DNA from: Ginkgo biloba
Taxonomy: Eukaryota > Plantae > Ginkgophyta
Length of the DNA: 23,555 nt
Reading direction: 5' to 3'
Assembly: GCA_024626585.2 (NCBI GenBank)
Contig: JANKJI020000004.1
Coordinates: 57,015,149 to 57,038,703, forward strand
Both the position numbers and the translations under genes were made by a program. This document shows, piece after piece, positions 11,901 to 22,055 of this stretch (position 1 is its first letter; the number at the start of each line of letters is the position of its first letter). Below the pieces are notes generated by a model that was not told the origin of the DNA, searched no databases, and saw only the letters and a list, made by a program, of their open reading frames with translations.

Positions 11901-14265
11901 CTCTTATCTATATCTTAGTGTGTTGGACACTAAGTGTTCCGCTTATACTGAATAGCGTGATCTCTATAGAACTAATCCAGAATTTGGGTCCATTCATGCT
12001 GCCATTCAAATACCGACAAGTCTCAACAAAGGAAGAATCAATCACATTAAGCAAAGGCAGAACGTTATGAAGGTATACATTCGCAAGTAATCGAAAGAAG
12101 ATGCTATAGAACAGGCCGACTCTGAAGAGCAACTGTTGAAACAAGTAGCAAGAAAAATGAACCTAGAGCATCTCACTCGAAGTAAGATGATGAATTTATG
12201 GAAAGAATTGGTAGAGGACCTAATCCTGATGGCACTTCTTACCAAAATACTAGAGTTTTGGGAGCCTAGTTTATTGAATTCACTGGCATGCAATGAAAAG
12301 AAGCAATCTGATAAACCTGTACACTTAATGAAGCCTAATATTAATCTCAATCTTAATGGTTTGATAAAAATAAGATCAAGAGGGAAATTGTTGATGGTGG
12401 CTCTGCTATGAACATTATACTAGAAAGCGCATGGGAAACAATTGGGAGGCCAACTCTCTCATTTGCTCGTTTCACATTAACAATGGCGGATCAATCCAAG
12501 GTTTGACCCATAGGAACCATACACAAAGTTCCCACAAATGCAACCGACATTGTATTTTGTGAATAATGTGAGCTCGAGGAGCCACAAGATGAATGTCGAA
12601 TGGATCAGATTAGTTGGGTGAGGTAACTTGCAACAAAGAGGCAAATTGATGCACAATTAAAATGCAAAAGAAACCCTTAGAGAGAACCAACTCAATTCAT
12701 ATTGTCATTCATAAATAAGGCTCGCTTATTTATAAGTGAGAATTACAAAGAAAGTTTTCACCTTTACACGTGGGATATACCCTTTTAGGTGAAAACACAA
12801 AAAGTGCATTTAACTACACTACACTTTGATGAACTATTGACTTAAGTGAAAATAAAGTGAAAATANNNNNNNNNNNNNNNNNNNNNNNNNNNNNNNNNNN
12901 NNNNNNNNNNNNNNNNNNNNNNNNNNNNNNNNNNNNNNNNNNNNNNNNNNNNNNNNNNNNNNNNNTTCAAATGTTCTGCACTTGAGGAAAATCGAGGATT
13001 GAAGGATCAACAATGTGCAGTGAAAAAGACTATCTAAACAATGAACAAGGGCTGCAGTAACAAGATGACAAAAAGGGAAAATCAAAGGTTAATAGACACT
13101 TCATCCTTCATTCTAACCCATGTGGAAATTCATGGGAAGTCGATGAAACAAATGAGTCATCCTACACACAGAGTAGGGGCAAACTAAATCATAAAGGAAT
13201 GGGAATCAGTACAAGGAAGAAAAGCCATGAGAAAATTGAAAGAATAATGAATTGTGAAGTTTCCGAAGGACATTACACTGCTGTCAAACTGATATGGTCA
13301 ATTGCTGAGCTGTCAGGAATCAGGACTTTAAAGCCTTCCTACTGAAAACCCTCAATATATTAGATTCGACACACCTTTCAGCAAGCAAAAGAAAATTGGG
13401 GAAATAAGTGAAAGNNNNNNNNNNCCCAAAAGACAGTAAAAAAACTGCTCACGGCTCCTCCATATCTGCATACAAATTATAAAACGGAAAAAACAAAAAG
13501 AATGAGAAAACGAAGGCAAGCATATACTTAGCACATGCAAATCCATGGAAGAAACCCGGATTCTAGGAAACACGTAGCAAGTGAACATATTGATTCTTCT
13601 AGAATCCAGACTTCCAACTAAGAAAGGAATTAGGGGCNNNNNNNNNNNNNNNNNNNGATATTAGGTCACATGCCAAACAATGGTCCCCTCACAAAAAGAT
13701 GATGCTTGCCACATAATTTATCATTGTTCTTTTGAACCATTCCAGAGTTGTGTGCCTTTGCCTGAACAATAGTACAACTACTATTTGCTTCCAAACCTTT
13801 GCCTTATCAAGAATTGACAAATCTCTACATATTCAAGAATAATGGAGAAAGCCTGTTTATTGTATACCCTTGTGAAAGATTCTTTTGTAGTAGAATAAAA
13901 TACCATGTTTTGTCAATGGTTAAGTTTTTAATTGGATGCGTACTTATACTAGCTTATGAAAGTTCTCAAATCTGAATAATGAGCCTAATATGCTCCATTT
14001 TTACATGTTTTGTTGCCATGGTTCAGAATGGAGTGAAGATGACCAATGAACCTCCAAAAGGTCTACGTGCAAACATGAGGAGAACATACAGCTTAGACCC
14101 CATTGCTAATGAAGAGTTCTTTGAGAGCTGCAGTCAACCAGCTGTTTTCAAAAGCCTACTCTTTGGACTTTGCTTCTTCCATGCAGTTGTCCAGGAAAGG
14201 CGAAATTTTGGACCTCTAGGTTGGAATATTCCTTATGGATTTGACGATGGAGATCTGAGAATAAG
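2846..14265 (+). CDS. DNAH7: Partial spliced gene for an axonemal inner-arm (single-headed) dynein heavy chain, DNAH3/7/12-like; join(2846-2953, [exons missing], 6869-7114, 7366-7515, 7760-8543, 8799-8857+gap, 9513-9667, 14027-14265); gene continues beyond both ends
   Basis: Dynein motifs appear in the canonical order: [139 protein letters not shown]. All visible junctions are GT-AG with matching phases. [11 protein letters not shown] and DPI..EFF.SC resemble DNAH7/3/12 as I recall them, so the symbol is family-level only. Confidence 0.93.
3325..3817. repeat. Diverged two-copy tandem repeat, ~245-bp period
   Basis: Colinear shared blocks: cctgatt (3325 and 3570), tggattgctt, aaaatcat, ggagatatt, caaaatttgt, ccacaaaaggg, aagagca, aaataat, ttctaccttgc. 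Confidence 0.85.
4626..4638 (-). mobile_element. Primer-binding site (tRNA-iMet) of an LTR retrotransposon
   Basis: Minus strand TGGTATTAGAGCC, one mismatch to TGGTATCAGAGCC, 2 nt after an LTR-terminal ...TATCA. Confidence 0.75.
4641..5276 (-). mobile_element. Putative 5' LTR (~636 bp)
   Basis: The 3' end is fixed by the adjacent PBS. The candidate 5' end TGTTAC at 5276 gives TGTTA...TATCA termini and coincides with the switch to LINE-like sequence. The 5' boundary is inferred. Confidence 0.55.
5277..5807 (-). mobile_element. Degenerate LINE (L1-like) ORF2 endonuclease remnant
   Basis: Minus-strand motifs in APE-like order and spacing: IPGNL (~5775-5761, cf. GDFN), HIDKL (~5625-5611, cf. 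RIDR), SDQQP (5548-5534, cf. SDHxP), FLNKTW (~5474-5457, cf. FxFxxxW). Heavily decayed. Confidence 0.5.
6869..7114 (+). CDS. DNAH7: Dynein heavy chain exon: AAA5 ([19 protein letters not shown]...QKNELVVQ)
   Basis: Acceptor tcctgcAG, donor GTatac, 246 nt, phase 0/0. Lies within ORF 6857..7177. Confidence 0.95.
7366..7515 (+). CDS. DNAH7: Dynein heavy chain exon: AAA5/buttress coiled coil ([50 protein letters not shown])
   Basis: Absent from the + ORF track. Acceptor tattAG, donor GTaaac, 150 nt, phase 0/0. Contains the LED.IL..LS...GNILEDE motif. Confidence 0.94.
7760..8543 (+). CDS. DNAH7: Dynein heavy chain exon: end of AAA5 to start of AAA6 ([14 protein letters not shown]...[14 protein letters not shown])
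   Basis: Acceptor tttgcacAG, donor GTtatt, 784 nt, ends in phase 1. Lies within ORF 7718..8584. Motifs [37 protein letters not shown]. Confidence 0.96.
8799..8857 (+). CDS. DNAH7: Dynein heavy chain exon: AAA6 ([20 protein letters not shown]), 3' end lost in the gap
   Basis: Acceptor aattgcAG. Phase matches the previous exon (G+AG = Glu). SLGQGQGP motif runs directly into N gap 8858-8957. Confidence 0.92.
9513..9667 (+). CDS. DNAH7: Dynein heavy chain exon: AAA6 ([16 protein letters not shown]...[19 protein letters not shown])
   Basis: Acceptor ccttttgtAG, donor GTtgct, 155 nt, phase 1/0. Lies within ORF 9416..9775. Confidence 0.95.
10964..11049. repeat. Exact 24-bp direct repeat, two copies, 62-bp period
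   Basis: GACTTAAATTTTGTTTATGTGGAT at 10964-10987 and 11026-11049. Confidence 0.85.
11624..11905 (+). mobile_element. Ty3/gypsy RNase H remnant
   Basis: [43 protein letters not shown]...[13 protein letters not shown][gap]QVANFLSGP matches the YxxYDKEL...TDHxPL...KW..YLQ.F...ADxLSR pattern. Three in-frame stops. Confidence 0.88.
12387..12557 (+). mobile_element. Ty3/gypsy aspartic protease remnant, 3' truncated
   Basis: [47 protein letters not shown] contains the DGGS active-site motif. Confidence 0.8.
12558..12865 (-). mobile_element. LTR end inserted into the protease remnant
   Basis: The protease frame ends at TGTGAATAATG. The sequence that follows is non-coding with a minus-strand TATAAATA (+ strand ttatttataag near 12730) and runs into a gap. 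Confidence 0.5.
12966..13693 (-). mobile_element. LTR-like fragment
   Basis: Ends ...ggtcccctcaCA (minus strand TGTGAGGGG) just before host-like intron sequence upstream of exon 14027. Non-coding. Confidence 0.4.
14027..14265 (+). CDS. DNAH7: Dynein heavy chain exon: AAA6 ([16 protein letters not shown]...[16 protein letters not shown])
   Basis: Acceptor gttcAG, donor GTacat, 239 nt, phase 0/2. Continues directly from ...TVLQ to give [13 protein letters not shown]. Lies within ORF 13979..14299. Confidence 0.95.
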
Positions 14266-15860
14266 GTACATGTTTCATGTCATCTCCCATTGCAAGTAAC
14301 ACGCATAATTATAAAGTAGGTAGGGAACATTCCATTCCAATGTGCATTCTGATTGCAAGATAGTTCCATAAAACATTTTAGTTCATTTGGCTACAAGGTC
14401 CCTTTCCTTCAGCTCTAAGTCACTACCTATAATACAGAGTACCCAACCAGGAAATAGCACTAGGTGTGAGATCATGTTTCCTTTATGTTGTCTCTCAGAA
14501 AATTACATTCACCTGAGAAAACAAAGTACAAGATTAGGGAAAACTGAAGTATGTCTGGAGAACATTTTGTATTATGTGGAGTCTGTGTGTTTAGAGTTGT
14601 GGTGATCTGACTTCAAGAACTTGTCTTTCAGTTGTATTGTGCAGGGGTACTTGTACTTCCAAGTAACTAAGAGCAGTGTGTAGACTTCATTTTTTTACTT
14701 TTGGTCTCAACAGTGTATTTTTTCAAAGAAATATAACCAATGTAGTTATAATCATTGTTTCATTAAAGTCTTGGCAATATGAAGCGTGATTATGGAAAAC
14801 AATGTGAACAGTATCTTTGTGACATTTGCATTGGCTTTTCCAAAGATCTCTGTTATAAGCTTCAATGATGTTTCAGAAGATGATTCATTTTTTTTAAGGG
14901 AAATTATTTTCCTTTTCTTCTCTTCTCTTTCTCTAATAGGAATGATGTATACACCATGATAAATATATTTACAATATTAGAACTCATCATTTATTTTAGT
15001 ATTTAATAGTTATGTGTAATAAAACAACTATCTCTTTCTTTAGACTAATTCCTTTTAATAGAGTAATGCATTTAATTTTTGATAGATCAAATAGACAAAG
15101 AAAACCCCTTAGTATCTTTATCTACAAGTTAACTAATGTATATGGGTTAGTGTTAATATATAATTTATTATATTATTATCAAATATACATAGGTATATTT
15201 ATTTAATATAGGGTCACCAACTTCATAGATGTGTTATAACATGGTTCAAATTCCCAACTAGTTATATTACATTATGTGTTGATTACAAAATACAAAATGG
15301 CTATATATAAATGTATATTGTATAAAAGGAGGTTAAAAAATTACTTAGAGGTATAAAATAGGGGGTGAAGAAATAGGGTTAGGAGCCTATATAAGGGTAT
15401 TATATATTACGTCTATCTTGCAAGTGTTTTGAGAATTTATAACTAAGTGCCCCCACTAGGTTTTATTTAATGTAATGATCTAGCAATGAGAATTGAGTGC
15501 TTGCCGCTTGCTCAATGGTTGATATCCTTGGATGTATGACTGGAAATGTAATATGATTACTAAGAGGATTTGAATATATAGATGTTTTTCTTTAGGTACT
15601 ACCTTACTAGTTCTTGGTTTTCTTTTTTATTTTTACTTCATGTTGATGTGATTTAGAGAAGGTTTCCAGAAAGGTAAAACCTCAAAAGTATGCATAAGCG
15701 ATAAATCCTTGAAGTGCACTCAAAATACATATTTCCAATACTATTATTGTGAATAAGAAGCTTCTACAATGTTGGGTGATTGTAGTAGCATGGGTTGAGT
15801 TAATGATTTTTCTAAAAAAATATCAGTTTCGAAGATGATAAAAAGGCACATCTTTCACTA

Positions 15861-15961
15861 TAATGCCACGACTTTTCCTATTAATGCCATAACTTTCCTG
15901 GTCCATGATGGAACTTTCCTAACTATGTCACAACTTTTCTTGTCATCACCATGAATTTTCT
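15861..15961. repeat. Degenerate ~21-bp minisatellite, about 5 copies
   Basis: Units resembling atgccacaactttcct start at about 15863, 15884, 15905, 15925 and 15945. Confidence 0.7.
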
Positions 15962-17414
15962 AAAAGGAAAAAAAGTGGCAAAAATAACTTCTTTACATGT
16001 GCAAGATTCTTCATGCAACCCAAAAACACAATCTAAAAGGTGGTGGTCAAATCTACAAGAATCTAAGTAAACTTCTTCTCTTCTAAACAAATTTCAAAGG
16101 AAATTTATGATTTGAATAAAGATTAAGGACAATTATCGAAGAAGAAGATGGAGGAAGGAGATGGAAAATTATTTAGAGTTATTTCATTAAAGAAGAAACC
16201 TCTCACAACATGAGGGTAGAATACTTGGAATCTCTCTAAATCTAAGACTAATCCCGTAACTAATCATACAACGTGAAGGATAACGCTCTCTTAAATAGAT
16301 GAGCCTAAGTAAAAAATATGGCATGATCATGCGAAGATAATCTCATGAAACCATTCATCCAACTGAGTACTTATATCCATGCAAGGAGCCCTTCAATAGT
16401 TCAGTCCATACAACCAACCATTTAATTGAGGACTTTTATCCATGAAAGTAATCCTTCTAAAATTATGATGGTGAAAAAAAATTTACATAGGAGAAAACCT
16501 CTAGTGAGAAAAAAACTACTAATAAATGTAGGATAAATAAAGGCAAACAACTAGGTCATAGTGCCCCCCTTTAAATACTAAAGTCATAAAATGTCCTCTC
16601 TAAAGTGATAAACCCTCTTAAGCCTATAATCCCCTAATGTATTTACAATAGGACCTCCTACCAAGTCCTTAATGCCCTCTTGGCTCATCACATGCTTAGC
16701 CCATTTGTTTGCTTTGCATGTATCTTAATTAGTATGGCTAAAACAATTGCTTATCTTCTTCTAATTTTATCCTCTAAATTGAATGTTGGTACTCAAATCT
16801 CTAATTGTCAGACATGTTGTTGATTATCTCACTATAATCTCAATTTTCTTCAATAATATTCATTGAGCAAATAACATGACCATCATGAATAATCTTGTCT
16901 TTTTTTGTGCTCTTGCACATTTGTCTCAACATTTTACGTTATAACCTACTTTTTGCTTAACTTTACACTTGTCATCTTTAATGTTAGGTTTTTTTCGTAT
17001 GGTCTTCTTACTGATTATACCTAATAACTTCATTATTTTCATGAATACCTTGTTAANNNNNNNNNNNNNNNNNNNNNNNNNNNNNNNNNNNNNNNNNNNN
17101 NNNNNNNNNNNNNNNNNNNNNNNNNNNNNNNNNNNNNNNNNNNNNNNNNNNNNNNNCTACATTCTTATTCACAAAGTGGGATTAGTTTGCTGGCTAGCAA
17201 GTGGTAAATACCATCTAGTGGTCATATACCTTCTAACACACAACACTACATATTGTTACAGTCCATACAACCATTGCACAACAGAGAAAATCATTAAGAA
17301 GGAAAATGTCACAAAAACACTGAAAAATGGCAGAGAATGTTGAAAACTATTGGTAATAGAAATGTTGACTGACATCAGAAAATACCAGGCGATCACCAAA
17401 TCAACATCATCGCA

Positions 17415-18172
17415 TTATGGATGAAGAAAAATGTACTTCTGTCCTAGGAGTGCATCATACCTGCTAATCTCCATGATTTCAAAATGCAGCTTGTCTTGAT
17501 ATTCTTGTATAGATATTAGTTTCTTAAGGTGCAGATTATCCCAAACCAATACCCTTAGTCCATTTTCCATCTCCACATGACATTCATAATCAAATGGTTT
17601 GGTTCTCACTTGAGTTTCTTTAGCAAAAGTGGAAGACAAAAATTTGTGAATACACCCATCTAAATCAATGCATTTTGTTCTGACTTTACATATGACACTC
17701 TATAGTTCCACATCTGCAAGCACTTCCCTTGGAACTTCTTATTTATCTCCTTTGAATCTTCATGCCATAGACACCACTTTTGGTTGTTCCACTTGTTTTG
17801 CTCTAACTGTTTCAACTATTTTAATTTCATTTTGAGAACAGTTGACTTGTACTTTTTACTTGCATAGCTAAAACATAAATTTTCTTTGGAGTCCCTATCT
17901 CTTTCTTCTTTTCTAACTTTAGTTACATAAGGGCATCTTCTCGGTATTTGATTGAATTAACATTTGAATGATGTGAACCTCTTCTCTTGGAATTATTTCC
18001 TTGGGTGCTGTTGCTCTGTAAAAATTTTCCTTGTAAACATTGAGCCATGGTCTTCTCTTTTATGTTGAGATCCTTTTCACATTGTTTCTTTTGCCAATTT
18101 TCTTTGCATTGTTTAGAGTTTTGTTCAGGCCATTGTTTGCTTGAGTGTACTTCTTGGTCCTTGATGAAATGA
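17415..18172 (-). mobile_element. Ty3/gypsy gag-end/protease remnant
   Basis: IDLDGCIHKFLSSTF...VEMENG...FEIMEISRYDALLGQ fits a retropepsin (D.GC.H.F...YD.LLG). Weak zinc-knuckle trace NLCFSY near 17880-17865. Confidence 0.65.
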
Positions 18173-18272
18173 NNNNNNNNNNNNNNNNNNNNNNNNNNNN
18201 NNNNNNNNNNNNNNNNNNNNNNNNNNNNNNNNNNNNNNNNNNNNNNNNNNNNNNNNNNNNNNNNNNNNNNNN

Positions 18273-19270
18273 AAGGGTATAACAAGGTACTCAGAATGGC
18301 CATTCCTTGTAGTAAAAGTTGCCTCCTCACATCCTTAGGGTGTATGCATATTTGATGATAGCCACTCCTCAAATCAACCTTAGACAAAACCATGGCTCCC
18401 TTTGTAGTGTCCCAAATGTCTTCAATCCTGGGAAGAGGGTACTTATGCTTGATGGTGACTTTATTCAAAGCTTGATAATCCACATTCAAATGCACGAATC
18501 CATCTTTCTTCTTCACAAGTGTAATTGGTGTAGCATGAGAAGATTAAGAAGGCCTAATAAAACCTTGGGCCAACAATCCCTAAATCTTCTTCTCCACCTC
18601 TTCCTTATCAACATGGATCAATCAATATGGCAATCTATAAGTACATTTGGATCCTTCTTCCAATTCAATCCGGTGGTCCACTTCCTGCTCTGTGTGCAAC
18701 TTATTTCAAAGCTCATTAGAAAAGACATCCTCATGCTTTGCGAACAATGGTGCCATCTCATCCAAAATCTCCTTAGTCTTATTTTCTTCTCATGGTGCCT
18801 CCTTTATAAAAAATCCAAATGCTTGCCTATTTGATTTCCTAGCCACCCTACTAAATTGGGTTGCTTAAATCAGTAGGATTTGCCTTGAGTCACAATTACC
18901 ATACAACTTTAGCTTCTTGCCCTTGTGGAAGTGCAATATGTGTTTCTTTGGTAATATGTGGATGTAATAATGCCACAGCCATTTCTATCCCAAGATTGCA
19001 TCATAAAGACCAATCTTCCTGATGTCAAAATCTAGATGGTCTTCATATTCTTGAATAGTTATGGGAACATTTGCAAACAATTCCTCCTATGACTGAATCT
19101 CCTTTCCATCAGCTAATTCAACCTCATAAACATAAGGGGCTTCATGAGTTCTTAATTTTTCCTTCTTAGCATATTCTTCAAACACAAAGTTATATAAATA
19201 CATCCATTGTCAACTAAATAGTGGATCACACCTATTTATCTCATCTTTAATAAAATAGCCCGCTTTCCTA
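18273..19270 (-). mobile_element. Ty3/gypsy (chromovirus-like) pol remnant: protease and N-terminal reverse transcriptase
   Basis: KKKDG...VDYQALNKVTIKHKYPLPRIED....KGAMVLSKVDLRSGYHQI (RT). Upstream HEDVF...VDHRIELEEG...PY. Protease traces LVDNGC and YDAILG at ~19215-18985. Frameshifted. Confidence 0.9.
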
Positions 19271-20843
19271 CTAAACAATAAAGACAAGAGAGAATGTAAA
19301 TAAGTAAACCCATAATCTTGACATTAACAAAAATAATTAACCATCATGTTTCTAACAATCAACATTCATCTATTTATGTTAGTTCATGTTTTGTTAGTAG
19401 GTTAACAAGAAAGGACCGTCAAAAGAAAAGGGATCTGAATGCATGTTCTAGCANNNNNNNNNNNNNNNNNNNNNNNNNNNNNNNNNNNNNNNNNNNNNNN
19501 NNNNNNNNNNNNNNNNNNNNNNNNNNNNNNNNNNNNNNNNNNNNNNNNNNNNNTTTTCCTATGTTAATTTTAATTATCTAACACCATAGGAATTTTAAAT
19601 ACTCATAATTACAACATTTAGGCTCCAAAGATGGAGTTGCGCTACTCTCTGAGTCTTTTTCCATAATTTAGGGTTTTAAGTAGTTTATGATAATTTATTT
19701 AAATAAAATGTTTTGGCTCATACTATTTATGTTAATATATGCAAACAGAACACAGATAGTTTACTCTAATTTATCTGAAAATTGTAGGAAGTTAGGGTTT
19801 ACTGAAATACTTACAAATTCAATACTTACTTGAATGAAATGATCCAATTGATGTCGCAAAAAACCTTTGTAGATGAAAACCTTTCACTATGCAACCTTGA
19901 CTGGAAGTGTCTTGCTCAAAAACCCTAAATTAGGTTCCTTTGCACTCAGAAATGCCACCCAAACCTTCCAAAATGCTTGTGTCACTCTCAAGGGTCTTCT
20001 ACAACCTATAGTGATGACCTCTATCTAGATAAAACCTCCAAAATGAGATGCCTTGTTGAGATGACTATGTTCAAATCCTGAGGTGTAGAAAGCACTATCA
20101 GAAAGACATCATTTTCTGGGTGTCGAAATTACTTAGTAGTAAACAAAAATCTACTAAAAAGGGTAGCAGTCCACCATCTAACTAGAAGTTCACCTGAATG
20201 CAAAATAATAACATGAGGAATGAAGACGTCCTAGCTAGATGCTCAGAACAATGATGATAGAGGTGCTCAATCCCAAGGCAAACTTTGTATAAGTAAGAAA
20301 ATCTAGGCTTAACCTCCCATGGAAGAGATGGACTCGCGGGCGATCAAATTCTCTGCGATGGTGAAGTTTGACAAATTGAGATCAACTTCTAGTTGCAAAT
20401 TTCAGTGGCTTCGGTGATCGACTGCAATGGATTAGGCTTCTGTGGATTTCTTCAACATTTAAGCAAAGGTTTGAAACCTCATGAGGCTTTCAAACACAGC
20501 GCGTCATAGTTTGGGCGGCGAGCGACAACATACAAAATGAGCTTGGAACCTTAGCAAGTCCTACGAACGATTCTGCTTCATTGAGGGTGGTCTCCAATCT
20601 TTAGGAATAGTGGCCAAGAAAATGCTCCAAGAGAGGTCACCAAGGGAGAATGGAGGCACAATAGTTCTTTTCATAAAATGACAACCCACGAGCACTTAGA
20701 GCGGTTGCTTCTATTCACAAGGCTATAATAGCTACTCCAGACACAAAGCCTATGGATTCCAACGNNNNNNNNNNNNNNNNNNNNNNNNNNNNNNNNNNNN
20801 NNNNNNNNNNNNNNNNNNNNNNNNNNNNNNNNNNNNNNNNNNN

Positions 20844-21760
20844 ATCAAATTGTAGTGATTCAAATAAAACTCCATTTGCATATCTCTTCTTCTCTCTCTG
20901 TTTCTAAGATCTATTGTGTAAATTTTCATGGTATCAGAGCAGGGCTATTGAGAAGACGAAGGATAGAGGATAGTAAGACTAGATGAGAGAGGCAATGAAT
21001 GTAAAACCAAATAGGAGGAGAAGAATCATCAAATTGCACTAGGAGAAAAACTAGGAGTAGTAGCACCCAGGGAGAAGGACCTATCTGTGATAGGAACCAC
21101 ACTAGAATCATGTCAATGAGAGGGTGCAGGCAGATGTTCGGGCTACCAGGAGAGAAATTTTGAATACAAGGCATTCATGGGTGAGAAACTGAGCCACCAA
21201 AAGTTTGCAAGATGCTAGGCCTATCGCCACAGCTAGAGGTAGGAAATTGTTGCAGTGTTACAAAGTCGTAGAGATATCAAGCGTTTGAAGAAACGTGAAT
21301 GGAAGCAATGGCACTAGTATTTGAGGAGAATTGCTCAACGGGAGTGCTTTCCAAGGATGTGGATCCTGCACAAGCGAACGAGAGAAATAGAGCCACCGGG
21401 AGAAGAAATGGAGGCATATTGATGTGCGCAGCCACGAAGAGAAAGTTGAAAGTGAGATGGTGAATGGTTTTGTAATGGGAAGAAGTGGAACAGGCCCATA
21501 GTGATTCTAGAGCCAAGATGCCACAGATTCATCAATCAAATATGGAGAAAATCACCCACAACCCAAAAAGCATTCGAATGAGTAGAAGACTTCCTGAGAG
21601 AAAACGAGAGGCATGATGTGAATTCGTTAGCCGAAGCACAAAAATTTTGCACTGCCACAGAGAATTCTAGCTAGAGACAAATTCAATTGAAGATGCAAAT
21701 CGAATCGATCAATTTTGGAGCAAATCAAGAGAAATTGTAGTGCAACAGGTCGGATTTCTA
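20844..21760 (+). mobile_element. 3' end of a 5' LTR, tRNA-iMet PBS (20929-20940) and purine-rich internal leader of an LTR retrotransposon
   Basis: ...aattttCA directly followed by TGGTATCAGAGC. Upstream aataaa and a CT-rich tract typical of R/U5. No intact gag downstream. The right boundary is approximate. Confidence 0.75.
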
Positions 21761-22055
21761 ATTTTTCTTTTTGTAAAAAATTCAAAAAATTCCCAAGTCA
21801 AACTTTAGGAATAGAGAAGAAATAAAAAATTGCTTATATTTCAAAGGCCAAGGTCATGTAAAAAGCCCTTAGGTGTTGTATTCAGGGCTAAAACAGTCTT
21901 TTTTTTTGAAGAATTTGTTNNNNNNNNNNNNNNNNNNNNNNNNNNNNNNNNNNNNNNNNNNNNNNNNNNNNNNNNNNNNNNNNNNNNNNNNNNNNNNNNN
22001 NNNNNNNNNNNNNNNNNNNTGCTATAATATTTATTGTATATGATTTCATATTTCC

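Larger units (their letters stand above)
2977..22019. other. Assembly gaps: ten exact 100-N spacers (2977, 4406, 5808, 8858, 11523, 12866, 17057, 18173, 19454, 21920) plus smaller N runs
   Basis: Counted directly. A fixed 100-N run is the convention for a gap of unknown size. Confidence 0.95.

Noticed and set aside
12558-13693. Single solo LTR with TGTGA…TCACA termini
   Set aside because: Flanks (tattt / aaaag) are not a TSD, the interrupted protease does not resume on the right, and a 100-N gap lies in between.
17923-18516. 197-aa minus-strand ORF as a single gene
   Set aside because: Chimeric read-through of a 100-N gap joining an RT fragment to a separate gag-like fragment.
18319-18868. 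Plus-strand ORFs of 171 and 73 aa
   Set aside because: Antisense shadows of the gypsy RT remnant.
19665-19935. Telomere-like motifs (ttagggttt, aaaccctaaa)
   Set aside because: Isolated single units, common in plant TEs; no tandem array.
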